Below, piece after piece: positions 26,187-36,248 of a DNA stretch of 64,000 bases. Below the pieces are notes generated by a model. It was not told the origin of the DNA. It did no database searches and saw nothing but the letters and a program-made list of their open reading frames with translations. This DNA is from an uncultured Bacteroidales bacterium (GTDB taxonomy: Bacteria > Bacteroidota > Bacteroidia > Bacteroidales > Paludibacteraceae): positions 41,149 through 105,148 of the forward strand of contig CAIWCC010000269.1 of the NCBI GenBank assembly GCA_903911085.1, given 5' to 3'. The first letter of the stretch is position 1. Each line of letters begins with the position of its first letter. The position numbers and the translations under genes are program-made.

Positions 26187-28553
26187 ATGAAAGTGCAATA
26201 TCTATATTTAATTGTAATTTTAGCTTTAACTTCATGTCAGCCAAAGCTAAATCTTCCTTCAGATGCTGAAAATAACAAAAATCTGAATTCACTAATAACG
26301 CTGAAAATAGGGAAGAATACGGTTTTTTTACAAGACTTTATTCTGAAACCAGCTGATATTGATTCTATTACAAGTTCGTCAAAGAAATTGATTTGTAAAA
26401 TTGATAGCAATAAAACCACAGCAACGCTTTCTGTGCCTAATGATTTGGAGCATTTTGTGGATGTAAAACTCTGGACGAAAGGAGTAGCTTTTTCCATACC
26501 TTGCCGAAAAACGGATAAAATTGATTACACTTTCACCTATAATCCAAATGGAAAAATCTTCAATAAAGTACAAATTGCGGGTCAGATGAACGATTGGGTA
26601 CCAACGCTGTCACCCGATTTAAAGCTGAATAACAAAGGTATATATACAGTGACGTTAAATCTGAGCCCTGGTACGTATTTATATCAAATGGTACTCGATG
26701 GTGATCAAAGCCACGACGCAACAAATCCAAATAAGGTGGATAATGGTTACGGAAAGTTCAATTCCATACTTCAAGTAGCTAGTGAAAATGACAAAACACC
26801 AAAACTGACTACTGATAAAATAAATTATTCAACTATTACATTATCAGCTGAAAATGAAGTTGATAAAGTGTTTATTTATTGGCAGAATTATTTTATGCCA
26901 GCCAAATATTCAATTATTAAGCAAAATGAGATTCTTATAAGTATTCCAGCCGAAGCCAATCTGTTGGAGCGTTCGTTTATAAGGGTTTGGGCTTGTAATA
27001 GATATGGCGTTAGCAATGATGTGCTTGTACCACTCCAAAGAGGAAAAGTGTTGACTGATAAAAAGCAAATAACTCGTAATGATAAACAGGCTCAAATTAT
27101 GTATTTTATGTTGGTTGACAGGTTTAATAATGGTGATAAAACCAACGACAAACCCATGAATAGACCTGATGTAAACCCAAAAGTGGATTATTGGGGTGGA
27201 GATTTGGCTGGATTGCAACAAAAAATCGATGATGGATATTTTGAAAAATTAGGAGCTAACACGCTTTGGATTTCACCTATAAACCAAAATCCAACCGAGC
27301 CTTACGGATTTAATGAACTTATGAAAACAAAGTTTTCGGGCTATCACGGATACTGGCCAATTTCATCCTCGAAAGTAGATTTTAGATTTGGTACAAATGC
27401 TGAATTTAAGAATTTGGTAACCGATGCCCATAAAATGAACATGAATGTATTGCTCGATTATGTGGCGCATCATGTTCATATTGAGCACCCATTCTACAAA
27501 CAACATCCCGAATGGACAACGCCATTATATTTGCCAGATGGTACATTAAATACAGAACGTTGGAACGATTATCGGCTTACAACTTGGTTCGATACTTTTA
27601 TGCCAACACTCGATTTAATAAATCCGAAAGTGACAGATATGATGACTGATTCGGCAATGTTTTGGTTAAACGAATTCAAATTGGATGGTTTCAGACACGA
27701 TGCTTGTAAACATATTCCTGAACAATTTTGGCGTGAATTAACTTTAAAAATCAAGCGGCAAAACAAAGGGAAAAATCTTTATCAAATTGGCGAAACTTAT
27801 GGAAGTCCAGAATTAATAAGTAGTTATTTAACTACAGGAATGCTTGATGGACAATTTGATTTTAACGTTTATGATGTTGCAAATACTACTTTTGCTGGTG
27901 TTGGAGGAAGCGATTTAAATCAAGTTCAAACCATTCTCAATTCAAGTTTGTATATTTACGGAAACCACAATTTGATGGGTAATATTTCAGGAAATCATGA
28001 CAAGCCACGTTTTATGGCGTATGCTTCGGGCGATTTGAAATTTGGCGAAGATAGTAAAGCTGCTGGTTGGCAACGTGTTATTGGAATAACAGATTCTACC
28101 GCTTATGATAAATTGGCTTTGATGCATACATTTAACTTGACTATTCCAGGCATTCCAGTCATTTTTTATGGCGACGAAATTGGTCTCACTGGTGCTAACG
28201 ATCCTGATTGTAGACGCATGATGAAATTTGGTGGTTGGAATAAGCGTGAAACTAAATTGTGGAATACTGTTTCAAAGTTAGCTCACTTAAGAAGTGATAA
28301 TCCCGTTTTGATTTACGGTGACTTTATTAATATCAAAACCACTAAAGATAGTTGGGTGTACGCTCGCAAATTCTTTGATAAAGAGGTTGTTATATTTATT
28401 AATAATTCTTCTAAATCTAAAACTATTGAAGTAGAATTGCCTAAGTCGCTAAAAATTACTACTTTTACAGCTACTTTCAACAACCGTTTTACAATGAAAG
28501 AAAACAGAATAAGTATGACATTACCAGCGTTTAGCGCAGAAATTTTGTTGTAG
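26187..28553 (+). CDS. GH13 alpha-amylase-family lipoprotein with E-set/CBM48-like N-terminal domain
   Basis: Lipoprotein signal (ILALTSCQ). VQIAGQMNDWVP...YLYQMVLDG is a glycogen-binding-like module. GH13 regions: I LLDYVAHHV, II GFRHDACKH, III YQIGETYG, IV ISGNHDKPR. Confidence 0.85.
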   Translation: MKVQYLYLIVILALTSCQPKLNLPSDAENNKNLNSLITLKIGKNTVFLQDFILKPADIDSITSSSKKLICKIDSNKTTATLSVPNDLEHFVDVKLWTKGVAFSIPCRKTDKIDYTFTYNPNGKIFNKVQIAGQMNDWVPTLSPDLKLNNKGIYTVTLNLSPGTYLYQMVLDGDQSHDATNPNKVDNGYGKFNSILQVASENDKTPKLTTDKINYSTITLSAENEVDKVFIYWQNYFMPAKYSIIKQNEILISIPAEANLLERSFIRVWACNRYGVSNDVLVPLQRGKVLTDKKQITRNDKQAQIMYFMLVDRFNNGDKTNDKPMNRPDVNPKVDYWGGDLAGLQQKIDDGYFEKLGANTLWISPINQNPTEPYGFNELMKTKFSGYHGYWPISSSKVDFRFGTNAEFKNLVTDAHKMNMNVLLDYVAHHVHIEHPFYKQHPEWTTPLYLPDGTLNTERWNDYRLTTWFDTFMPTLDLINPKVTDMMTDSAMFWLNEFKLDGFRHDACKHIPEQFWRELTLKIKRQNKGKNLYQIGETYGSPELISSYLTTGMLDGQFDFNVYDVANTTFAGVGGSDLNQVQTILNSSLYIYGNHNLMGNISGNHDKPRFMAYASGDLKFGEDSKAAGWQRVIGITDSTAYDKLALMHTFNLTIPGIPVIFYGDEIGLTGANDPDCRRMMKFGGWNKRETKLWNTVSKLAHLRSDNPVLIYGDFINIKTTKDSWVYARKFFDKEVVIFINNSSKSKTIEVELPKSLKITTFTATFNNRFTMKENRISMTLPAFSAEILL

Positions 28554-28667
28554 AATTATTAAACCCGAGGTTGTAGTATTCTAATTAATAACAGTGTTTT
28601 TTACTTATTATATTCTTAACTTCATATTTTCTTATATTCTTATATTCTTATACTTCTTATTAATATT

Positions 28668-29168
28668 ATGATTCAACTAAAAAACAGTCAATTAACCGCA
28701 GCAGCCCAAAAAGGCATGGATGAATTTTTACAAGTTTTTACTAATGCGTATTTGGAAACAATTGGTGGAAACTTGACTGCCGAAAACATGTCGAAATTGA
28801 ACGGATTACAACATACTTTGTTAGCACATCGTTTTTTTCAAGACGAAATGCGTGATGGTGGTTTTGTTCAATTAATTCAGAATGGTTATGGGGGATATAT
28901 TTTTCAAAATCCTTTTGCCAAAGCCATTAAACAATTTGGTGCTGCTGAATTAGCTCGAATAATTTATAAAGCTAAAGAGATTTATGACCCTAATAAAGTT
29001 GAGTTAGAACGAGAAACCACAGAGGCGGAATTTAATGCTATGTATGTTGATTTTGAGGCGTTTGACGATTTGGAAGAAATGTATTTTGAAATTGAAGAAC
29101 AACAAACTGCCATTATTGCAGCCTATGTAGACGAAAATATCGCCGATTTTGCAGAAGTTGTTGATTAA
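28668..29168 (+). CDS. DMP19/DUF4375-like protein
   Basis: 166 aa, acidic C-terminus. The core LLAHRFFQDEMRDGGFVQLIQNGYGGYIF resembles the NGGFxQ motif of DUF4375/DMP19-family proteins. Recognition is from memory. Confidence 0.45.
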   Translation: MIQLKNSQLTAAAQKGMDEFLQVFTNAYLETIGGNLTAENMSKLNGLQHTLLAHRFFQDEMRDGGFVQLIQNGYGGYIFQNPFAKAIKQFGAAELARIIYKAKEIYDPNKVELERETTEAEFNAMYVDFEAFDDLEEMYFEIEEQQTAIIAAYVDENIADFAEVVD

Positions 29169-29226
29169 TAGTTCTATAACTGTTTCTTTTTAATTATTGA
29201 AAAATTCCATTAAAACACAATTAATT

Positions 29227-30111
29227 ATGGCAGAATTTGTCGAAAAATATATAAATCCGTTCACCGATTTTGGATTCAAGAAACTATTTGGAGAAGAATT
29301 AAATAAGGATTTGCTTTTGGACTTTTTAAATGAATTGCTAAAAGAAGAGCAAGGTAAAATTCTGAATTTGACTTATCTGAAAACTGAACAACTTGGCACT
29401 ACTGAGATTGATAGAAAAGCGATTTTTGATTTGTATTGCGAAAATGAAAAAGGAGAAAAATTCATTGTAGAATTGCAAAAAACAAAGCAAAATTTTTTCA
29501 AAGACCGAAGTGTTTATTATTCCACTTTCCCTATTCGTGAGCAGGCCAAACGCGCTGACTGGAATTTTGAACTAAAGGCCGTGTACACCATTGGAATACT
29601 CGATTTTGTTTTTGATGCAGACAAAGATGAACCTAACAAATTTCGCTACGATGTTAAGCTTATTGATAAAGATACACAAAAGGTGTTTTATGATAAATTG
29701 ACATTTATTTATTTGGAAATGCCCAAATTCAATAAAACTGAAGACGAGCTTGAAACAAGATTTGATAAATGGTTGTTTGTGCTTCGCAATTTACATAAAC
29801 TTGACCGAATTCCAGATAAGCTCCGTGAAATGATATTTGATAAATTATTTGAAACAGCAGAGATTGCAAAATTTACAATTGATCAAGTGCATTCATACGA
29901 GGATAGTTTAAAGTATTATCGCGATTTGAATAACTCCATAGATACTGCCAGAGATGAAGGAAGAATCGAAGGTGAAATAAAAGGTCGTATTGAAGGTGAA
30001 ATAAAAGGACTAATTAAAGTTGCCAAATCAGCATTGTCCAAAGGAATTCCAATAAAAGACATATCAGATTTAACAGGATTGTCGGAAGAAGAAATAGGTA
30101 ATTTACTTTAA
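29227..30111 (+). CDS. Rpn-like PD-(D/E)XK nuclease-family protein (putative transposase/recombination-promoting nuclease, PDDEXK_2-like)
   Basis: The ORF track starts at TTG 29197; ATG 29227 (MAEFVEKYINPFTDFGFKKLFGEE) matches the usual N-terminus of this Bacteroidota family. D...E-x-Q core IFDLYCENEKGEKFIVELQK. The C-terminal tail RIEGEIKG-RIEGEIKG...GLSEEEI is typical of Rpn-like proteins. Confidence 0.7.
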   Translation: MAEFVEKYINPFTDFGFKKLFGEELNKDLLLDFLNELLKEEQGKILNLTYLKTEQLGTTEIDRKAIFDLYCENEKGEKFIVELQKTKQNFFKDRSVYYSTFPIREQAKRADWNFELKAVYTIGILDFVFDADKDEPNKFRYDVKLIDKDTQKVFYDKLTFIYLEMPKFNKTEDELETRFDKWLFVLRNLHKLDRIPDKLREMIFDKLFETAEIAKFTIDQVHSYEDSLKYYRDLNNSIDTARDEGRIEGEIKGRIEGEIKGLIKVAKSALSKGIPIKDISDLTGLSEEEIGNLL

Positions 30112-30179
30112 TAAGTAATAATATATAATTAAGATATTGTATTTCAATTAAATAATCATTCACTTAATATGCTTAAATT

Positions 30180-32990
30180 ATGAATAGTAATTATTTTAAA
30201 TTCGTTTCATTGTTCTTGTTTCTTATTTTTAGTATTGTTATATTTTCTCAACAATCACTTACTATTGACCCCAAAGTGCGTTGTGGAAAGCTTGAAAATG
30301 GTTTGACGTATTATATCCGTGCAAATCAGCAGCCCAAAGAGAGAGCTGAGTTTTTTATTGCTCAAAATGTAGGTGCAATTCTTGAAAATGATAACCAAAA
30401 TGGTTTGGCTCACTTTTTAGAACACATGGCTTTTAATGGTACAAAGAATTTTCCAGGCAAAGGAATTATAAATTATTTAGAGAAGAATGGTGTAAAATTT
30501 GGAACTAATATTAATGCTTATACTTCTTTAGATGAGACAGTTTATAATCTTTCGGATGTTCCAACTACCCGTTCTGGAATAATAGATAGTGCTTTACTAG
30601 TATTGCATGATTGGTCGAGCTTTATTTCGCTGGAGTCAAACGAAATTGATTCGGAGCGTGGTGTGATTCGCGAAGAATGGCGTTCGGGAGCTGGTGCCGA
30701 TCGTCGAATGTGGAAAGAATCAAACAAATTGAAATATCCTAACTCGCAATACTCAAAACGAGATATAATTGGTGATACAGCTATAATAAACAATTTCTCT
30801 CATCAAACAATTCGCGATTTTTATGCAAAATGGTATCGTCCCGATTTGCAAGCAATTTTGATAGTTGGTGATGTGGATGTGGATAAAGTTGAGGCTAAAA
30901 TTAAATCAATATTTGCTGATATTCCCAAAAAAAGCAATGCTGGTGAACGTCCGATTTATAAAATAATGGACAATGCGGAACCAATTGTTTCAATAGTGAA
31001 AGACAAAGAAGCTCGGATGACGCGTATTGAATTGGAGTACAAGCACGATATAATGCCACTTGAGGAAAAATTATCAATTAATGGTTATATGAAAGGCGTG
31101 GCAAATTCACTTATTTCAACTATGGTTGGCAATCGTTTTGAGGAGATAACACAACAAGCCGATGCACCTTTTGTGGGTGCTTATGCCGATTATAGTGAGT
31201 TAGTTAAGTCGAAAGATGCTTTCCAATTATTGGCAGTGCCAAAAGAAGGAAAAGAGCTTGCTGGATTAAATGCTTTGTTGCTCGAAGCCGAAAAAATTAA
31301 ACGTTTTGGGTTTACTAATTCTGAATTGGAACGTGCAAAAATTGATTTTTTGAAATCTATGGAGAAAGGTTACAATGAACGTGGGAATCAGAAAAACAAT
31401 GATTTAGTGCACGAATATGTTCGTAACTTTTTGAAACAAGAAGGTATTCCTGGTATTGAATGGGAATATCAAGCCACAAAAATTATGATTCCTCAATTGA
31501 AATTGATGATGATTAATGAAATTGCTAAATCATATATTACCGATAGTAATTTGATTGTTTCATTGATGGCACCTGATAAGGAGGCCGTAAAAATTCCTAC
31601 GCGAGAACAAATACTAAATGCAGTATCTCTTTCTAAAAAAGCCCAACTCGTTGCTAGAGCAGAGGAGGTGATGAATAAACCGTTGATTAGTAAAACTCCA
31701 AAAGCAGGAACGGTTATTAAAACCGGAAAAAACAAAATGCTTGCAACTACCGAGTGGACATTGAGTAATGGAATTAAAGTAATAATTAAACCTACAACAT
31801 TTAAAAAGGATGAAATTCTAATGACTGCTTATAGCGACGGTGGACTTTCGAAAGTAACAAATGTTGCCGACCTGCCTTCGGGAATGCTTGCTGCTGATAT
31901 AGTTAGTAATAACGGCTTGGGTAAATATTCACTTATAGAATTAAATAAAATATTGACAGGAAAAATTGCTGTTGTAAACCCAAGTATTGAAGCTTATGAA
32001 GAGGGTTTTTCAGGAAATTCTTCAGTATCAGATTTCGAAACTATGCTGCAATTAATTTATTTGAATTTTACAGCAATTCGTAAGGATGATAATGCTTTTT
32101 CTGCAATGATGAATGGATATAAAGCTAGTATGGCAAATAGTGCCACTGACCCACGCAAAGCATTTTCAGACTCAATAAACACTACTTTGACCAGCCATAA
32201 TGCACGTACAATTTTGTTTGATTTAAAAACACTTGATTTGGTAAATCAAGATAAGGCTTTGTCCATTTTCAGACAACGTTTTGCTATTCCTGCCGATTTT
32301 ACTTTCATTTTTACTGGAAATATCGATCCTTCAAATTCGGCTGTTAAGAAAGCTATTTGTACTTATTTGGGAGGTTTAAAATCAGTAAAAGGCAATGAAA
32401 AATATACAGATAACAACATTCGTAAACCTAAAGGGAAAGTTAGTAATTATTTCGTGAAAGAAATGAAAGTAAAAAAGGCTTCTAGTATGATTGTGTATAG
32501 TGCTGATATTCTGTTTAATATAGAAAATAGGACAGCAATGTCTGCAATTGGAAATATCTTAAATATTCGTTACCTCGAAAGTATTCGCGAAAAAGAGGGT
32601 GGTTCGTATGGAGTAGGTGTACGTGGTGGAATAAATAATACCCCAATTAATGAAGCTACTGTAACGATGCAATTTGATACTGATCCATTGAAACAACCCA
32701 AATTAATTGGCATTATACATTCCGAAGTTGCTGAAATTGTAGCAAATGGACCGCGAGTTGATGATTTACAAAAAGTGAAGGAGAATATGTTGAAGAAATA
32801 TTCTGAAGATTTAGAGCAAAATACCTGGTGGCAAGCTGCCATTGAGCGTTATTACCATGATAATTTGAACATGGTGAATGATTATAAGCCTGCTGTAAAT
32901 TCATTAACCCCTGAAATTATTCAGACTACTTTAAAGAAAATTGTTACACAAGGAAATGTAATTGAAGTGGTTATGAAACCAAAGGAGTAG
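30180..32990 (+). CDS. M16-family (insulinase/pitrilysin-like) zinc peptidase, secreted
   Basis: Signal peptide. Inverted zincin motif HFLEHMAFNGT (HxxEH). The 936-aa two-half architecture is typical of M16. Confidence 0.85.
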   Translation: MNSNYFKFVSLFLFLIFSIVIFSQQSLTIDPKVRCGKLENGLTYYIRANQQPKERAEFFIAQNVGAILENDNQNGLAHFLEHMAFNGTKNFPGKGIINYLEKNGVKFGTNINAYTSLDETVYNLSDVPTTRSGIIDSALLVLHDWSSFISLESNEIDSERGVIREEWRSGAGADRRMWKESNKLKYPNSQYSKRDIIGDTAIINNFSHQTIRDFYAKWYRPDLQAILIVGDVDVDKVEAKIKSIFADIPKKSNAGERPIYKIMDNAEPIVSIVKDKEARMTRIELEYKHDIMPLEEKLSINGYMKGVANSLISTMVGNRFEEITQQADAPFVGAYADYSELVKSKDAFQLLAVPKEGKELAGLNALLLEAEKIKRFGFTNSELERAKIDFLKSMEKGYNERGNQKNNDLVHEYVRNFLKQEGIPGIEWEYQATKIMIPQLKLMMINEIAKSYITDSNLIVSLMAPDKEAVKIPTREQILNAVSLSKKAQLVARAEEVMNKPLISKTPKAGTVIKTGKNKMLATTEWTLSNGIKVIIKPTTFKKDEILMTAYSDGGLSKVTNVADLPSGMLAADIVSNNGLGKYSLIELNKILTGKIAVVNPSIEAYEEGFSGNSSVSDFETMLQLIYLNFTAIRKDDNAFSAMMNGYKASMANSATDPRKAFSDSINTTLTSHNARTILFDLKTLDLVNQDKALSIFRQRFAIPADFTFIFTGNIDPSNSAVKKAICTYLGGLKSVKGNEKYTDNNIRKPKGKVSNYFVKEMKVKKASSMIVYSADILFNIENRTAMSAIGNILNIRYLESIREKEGGSYGVGVRGGINNTPINEATVTMQFDTDPLKQPKLIGIIHSEVAEIVANGPRVDDLQKVKENMLKKYSEDLEQNTWWQAAIERYYHDNLNMVNDYKPAVNSLTPEIIQTTLKKIVTQGNVIEVVMKPKE

Positions 32991-33185
32991 GAAGGCGTCA
33001 TAAAATCAAACAATATAATTATGAAGTAGCTATAAATAACCTTTTAAAAATACCCTAATTTAGACGGCCGATTTGTTTGTATGTGTTAATGTTTGGTTTT
33101 TTTCTGTTTTTATAAATCCAAATCATTGAATGGTTACGTCTAATAGAAAAATAAACATTTATAGTAAACTTCAAAACAAATTATT

Positions 33186-33818
33186 ATGAAACGACTTGGA
33201 TTATTATTGCTTGCTTTAACGTTAATTGTTGGAGCAAATGCTGCTAAGAAAAATATTGTAGAAAAGGATAGTATCGAAAATATCAGCTCGAATTCAGAGC
33301 AAGCACTGAGTCAGTCAATTAAAGACTCAATGCTTATGTCCAAATTATCTGCCGATCAACTTATGGAACTCGAAAAAGCCAAACTTGAACTCGAAAGAAA
33401 ACGGATAAATGCCGAAAGTGAGAATGATGTGCCTTTGAGTAGTTTTGGAATTGTGGTGATTTGCTTGTTGCCATTTTTATTTGTAGCTACAATTATAATT
33501 GTTACAACACGAGCAAAAAATCGTGAATCGCAACGTAGATACGATTTATATAACAAATCGCTAGAAATGGGACAAACGGTTCCCGAACATTTTTTTGATG
33601 AACCCAAAAAAGCAAATGCTCCATCCAATTTAAAGAAAGGCATTCTCTGGCTTGTTGTAGGATTGGGAATAGTGGTTTCTTTTATTGTAATGAAAGAAAC
33701 TGATGGATTAATTGTCGGTATAATACCAGTGTTTGTAGGAATTGGGTATTTGCTAGTGCACAAATTGGATAAGCCCAAAACTGACACAACCGAGCAAAAC
33801 GATGAGCAACGCGGATGA
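33186..33818 (+). CDS. Hypothetical membrane protein (signal peptide, coiled coil, three TM helices)
   Basis: MKRLGLLLLALTLIVGANA signal. Coiled-coil-like LMELEKAKLELERKRINAE. Three hydrophobic helices. The 3' end overlaps the sigma-factor gene by 17 nt. Confidence 0.55.
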   Translation: MKRLGLLLLALTLIVGANAAKKNIVEKDSIENISSNSEQALSQSIKDSMLMSKLSADQLMELEKAKLELERKRINAESENDVPLSSFGIVVICLLPFLFVATIIIVTTRAKNRESQRRYDLYNKSLEMGQTVPEHFFDEPKKANAPSNLKKGILWLVVGLGIVVSFIVMKETDGLIVGIIPVFVGIGYLLVHKLDKPKTDTTEQNDEQRG

Positions 33819-34347
33819 TCTCCTCTGGGTTACACAGCTAACTTTGCTGGGCGACAAGAGTGCATTCGATAAATTGACTTGTAAATATCAGTCGCCCATA
33901 CGTCGGTTTTTTTTGAATTTGACTATGGGCGATGGTCCTTTGAGTGACGATTTAGCTCAAGAGACTTTTATTAAAGCCTATCTGAATATTAATGCATTCA
34001 AAGGAATTTCGGGATTTTCTACATGGCTTTACCGAATTGCGTACAATGTTTTTTACGACTCTGTGCGAGCTCAAAAACATTTTGTAGACCTCGATGAGCA
34101 AGTAGTGGACAATCAACATAGTACATTCAATGAATTTTCGGCGGAGAAAATGGATATTTATCAAGCGTTAAAATTATTGAGAAGAGAAGAACAGACTGCA
34201 GTGCTTTTATTTTATATGGAAGATAAAACGCAGAACGAAATCGCAAAAATTATGAATTGTCCACTTGGAACAGTTAAAACATATTTATTAAAAGGGAAAG
34301 AGAAACTTAGTGTTTATCTCACAAAGGCTGGATATGGAAACAAATGA
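33802..34347 (+). CDS. ECF-type RNA polymerase sigma-70 family factor
   Basis: 181 aa. Region 2-like DDLAQETFIKAYLNINAFKGISGFSTWLYRIAYNVFYD. Region 4 HTH QNEIAKIMNCPLGTVKTYLLKGKEKL. Confidence 0.85.
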   Translation: MSNADDLLWVTQLTLLGDKSAFDKLTCKYQSPIRRFFLNLTMGDGPLSDDLAQETFIKAYLNINAFKGISGFSTWLYRIAYNVFYDSVRAQKHFVDLDEQVVDNQHSTFNEFSAEKMDIYQALKLLRREEQTAVLLFYMEDKTQNEIAKIMNCPLGTVKTYLLKGKEKLSVYLTKAGYGNK

Positions 34348-34651
34348 TAAATTGCTGAAAGAATTTTTTAGCTCTCAAAAACAAGATATTGCTGATAACG
34401 GATTCACTCAAGGTGTAATGCGCAAAATCCCTAAACGTGATGATAAAGATTGGATTGTTTGGTTTTTTGCGTGTATGGGATTTTTAATCAGTCTTTATAT
34501 GGGAATCAACTCTGGATTTATTCAATTAATGATTGTGTCAATTAGAAGTATATCAATGACATATGTTTTAATAGGAGTTTTTTGTTTTCCTTTGGTGAGT
34601 ACGGTCTGGTTATATGTGAATAACAGAATAAGCATACGCTTTATATCTTAG
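34334..34651 (+). CDS. Small membrane protein downstream of the ECF sigma factor (possible anti-sigma factor)
   Basis: The ORF track starts at GTG 34310; ATG 34334 (METNDKLLKEFF) overlaps the sigma stop by 14 nt. Cytoplasmic N-terminus followed by two TM helices. The role is assigned by position only. Confidence 0.4.
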   Translation: METNDKLLKEFFSSQKQDIADNGFTQGVMRKIPKRDDKDWIVWFFACMGFLISLYMGINSGFIQLMIVSIRSISMTYVLIGVFCFPLVSTVWLYVNNRISIRFIS

Positions 34652-34918
34652 TAAGAATGTAATACATAACTAGGTTAGTTTTATAATTATAAAATTAGTT
34701 GTTAAAGTTGTATGCACAACGTTTAGATATACAATGATTTTGTTTGTGTCCCTGGGCACAAGTTTCATAGGATTCAATTTATAATTATCGGAGTGGACTT
34801 CAATGATTAACTTTGTGATACACCTACCTCAATTCTGATTAAATATTATATTTACTGAAAAAAAATATTAAAGTGTTCTAAACTTTGTTTTACAACGTTT
34901 TCTTATACTCAAACTATT

Positions 34919-36085
34919 ATGTTTAAACACATTACACGAGTAGTCTGGATTTTATCGGTTGTAAGCTTATTTACAGATGTAGCGAGTGAAATGCTATATC
35001 CAATAATGCCAATCTATCTCAAGAGCATAGGATTTTCAATTTTGATTATAGGGATTTTGGAAGGTGTATCCGAGGCAACGGCTGGACTTAGTAAAGGATA
35101 TTTTGGTAAACTTTCGGATGCTACTGGGAAACGATTACCGTTTGTGCAATTTGGATATATTCTCAGCGCTGTAGCAAAGCCAATGACAGCATTTTTTGTA
35201 CACCCAATTTGGATATTTTTTGTTCGAACCACCGACCGATTTGCCAAAGGAATACGCACAGGAGCACGCGATGCTATACTTTCCGATGAAGCCACTCCAG
35301 AAACAAAGGGCACTGTTTTCGGTTTTCATCGTGCAATGGATACTCTTGGCGCTGCAATTGGACCTACAATGGCTTTGATATATCTTTATTATTTCCCAAG
35401 AGATTATATTACCTTGTTTTATATTGCATTTATTCCTGGTTTTATTGCCATTATTACAACACTTTTGCTCAAAGAAACCAAAAAACATGATATACCCACA
35501 CATGAAAAGGTAACTTTTTTTTCGTTTCTAAAATACTGGAAACAAAGTTCTGCTGCCTATCGTCAATTAACATTAGGTATTCTCATTTTTACCTTATTCA
35601 ATAGTTCGGATGTCTTTCTTTTACTCAAAGCCAAAGATGCAGGACTCGATGACACTTATGTAATTGGCATATATATTTTCTACAACTTGGTATATGCTTT
35701 ATTTGCTTATCCAGTTGGTTTACTGGCCGACAAAATTGGACTTAAACGCATGTTTTTGATTGGTTTGGCATTATTTTCAATTGTATATTTTGGATTTTCT
35801 TTCAATACTAATATTTACCTCTTTTTGGGATTGTTTTTTCTTTATGGGTTATATGCTTCGGCAACTGAAGGTGTGTCAAAAGCTTGGATTAGCAATATAT
35901 CAAACCAAAAAGATACAGCAACAGCAATTGGCACTTTCACTGCGTTACAAAGTTTATGTACAATGGTAGCAAGTTCTTTGGCGGGTGTAATCTGGTTTGG
36001 TTTAGGGGCAAAGGCATTATTTATAATTAGCGCAGTAATGGCACTAGTTGCATTGGTTTATTTATCGAGATTGAATGATAAATGA
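34919..36085 (+). CDS. MFS transporter (unknown substrate)
   Basis: 388 aa, ~12 hydrophobic helices. The loop motif GKLSDATGKRLP is typical of the MFS 2-3 loop. Confidence 0.75.
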   Translation: MFKHITRVVWILSVVSLFTDVASEMLYPIMPIYLKSIGFSILIIGILEGVSEATAGLSKGYFGKLSDATGKRLPFVQFGYILSAVAKPMTAFFVHPIWIFFVRTTDRFAKGIRTGARDAILSDEATPETKGTVFGFHRAMDTLGAAIGPTMALIYLYYFPRDYITLFYIAFIPGFIAIITTLLLKETKKHDIPTHEKVTFFSFLKYWKQSSAAYRQLTLGILIFTLFNSSDVFLLLKAKDAGLDDTYVIGIYIFYNLVYALFAYPVGLLADKIGLKRMFLIGLALFSIVYFGFSFNTNIYLFLGLFFLYGLYASATEGVSKAWISNISNQKDTATAIGTFTALQSLCTMVASSLAGVIWFGLGAKALFIISAVMALVALVYLSRLNDK

Positions 36086-36248
36086 ATTTCACTACTTTCT
36101 GATAGTTAATACTGAATTTGTTTTACACCTAGTAATTATATGTCTTTTATTGAATTAGCATTTATTATAATAATAAATGAACATAAATCAAAACATATAC
36201 TTATTTTTACCGAAAAATTTGATTCATAATCACCAAAATTAGATTGTC

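Noticed and set aside
28631-28659. Short CTTATATT tandem repeat upstream of the DMP19-like gene
   Set aside because: Only about 2.5 units of AT-rich low-complexity sequence, which is unremarkable in this genome's intergenic DNA.
29169-30179. Rpn-like gene as a conventional insertion sequence
   Set aside because: No terminal inverted repeats or target-site duplications are visible by eye in the flanks. It is kept as a chromosomal nuclease-like gene.
34744-34761. Hairpin TTGTG-T-CCC-T-GGG-CACAA in the 267-bp leader of the MFS gene (considered as a riboswitch or terminator)
   Set aside because: It is too small, has a sterically impossible loop unless partly open, has no T-tract, and shows no recognisable riboswitch consensus.
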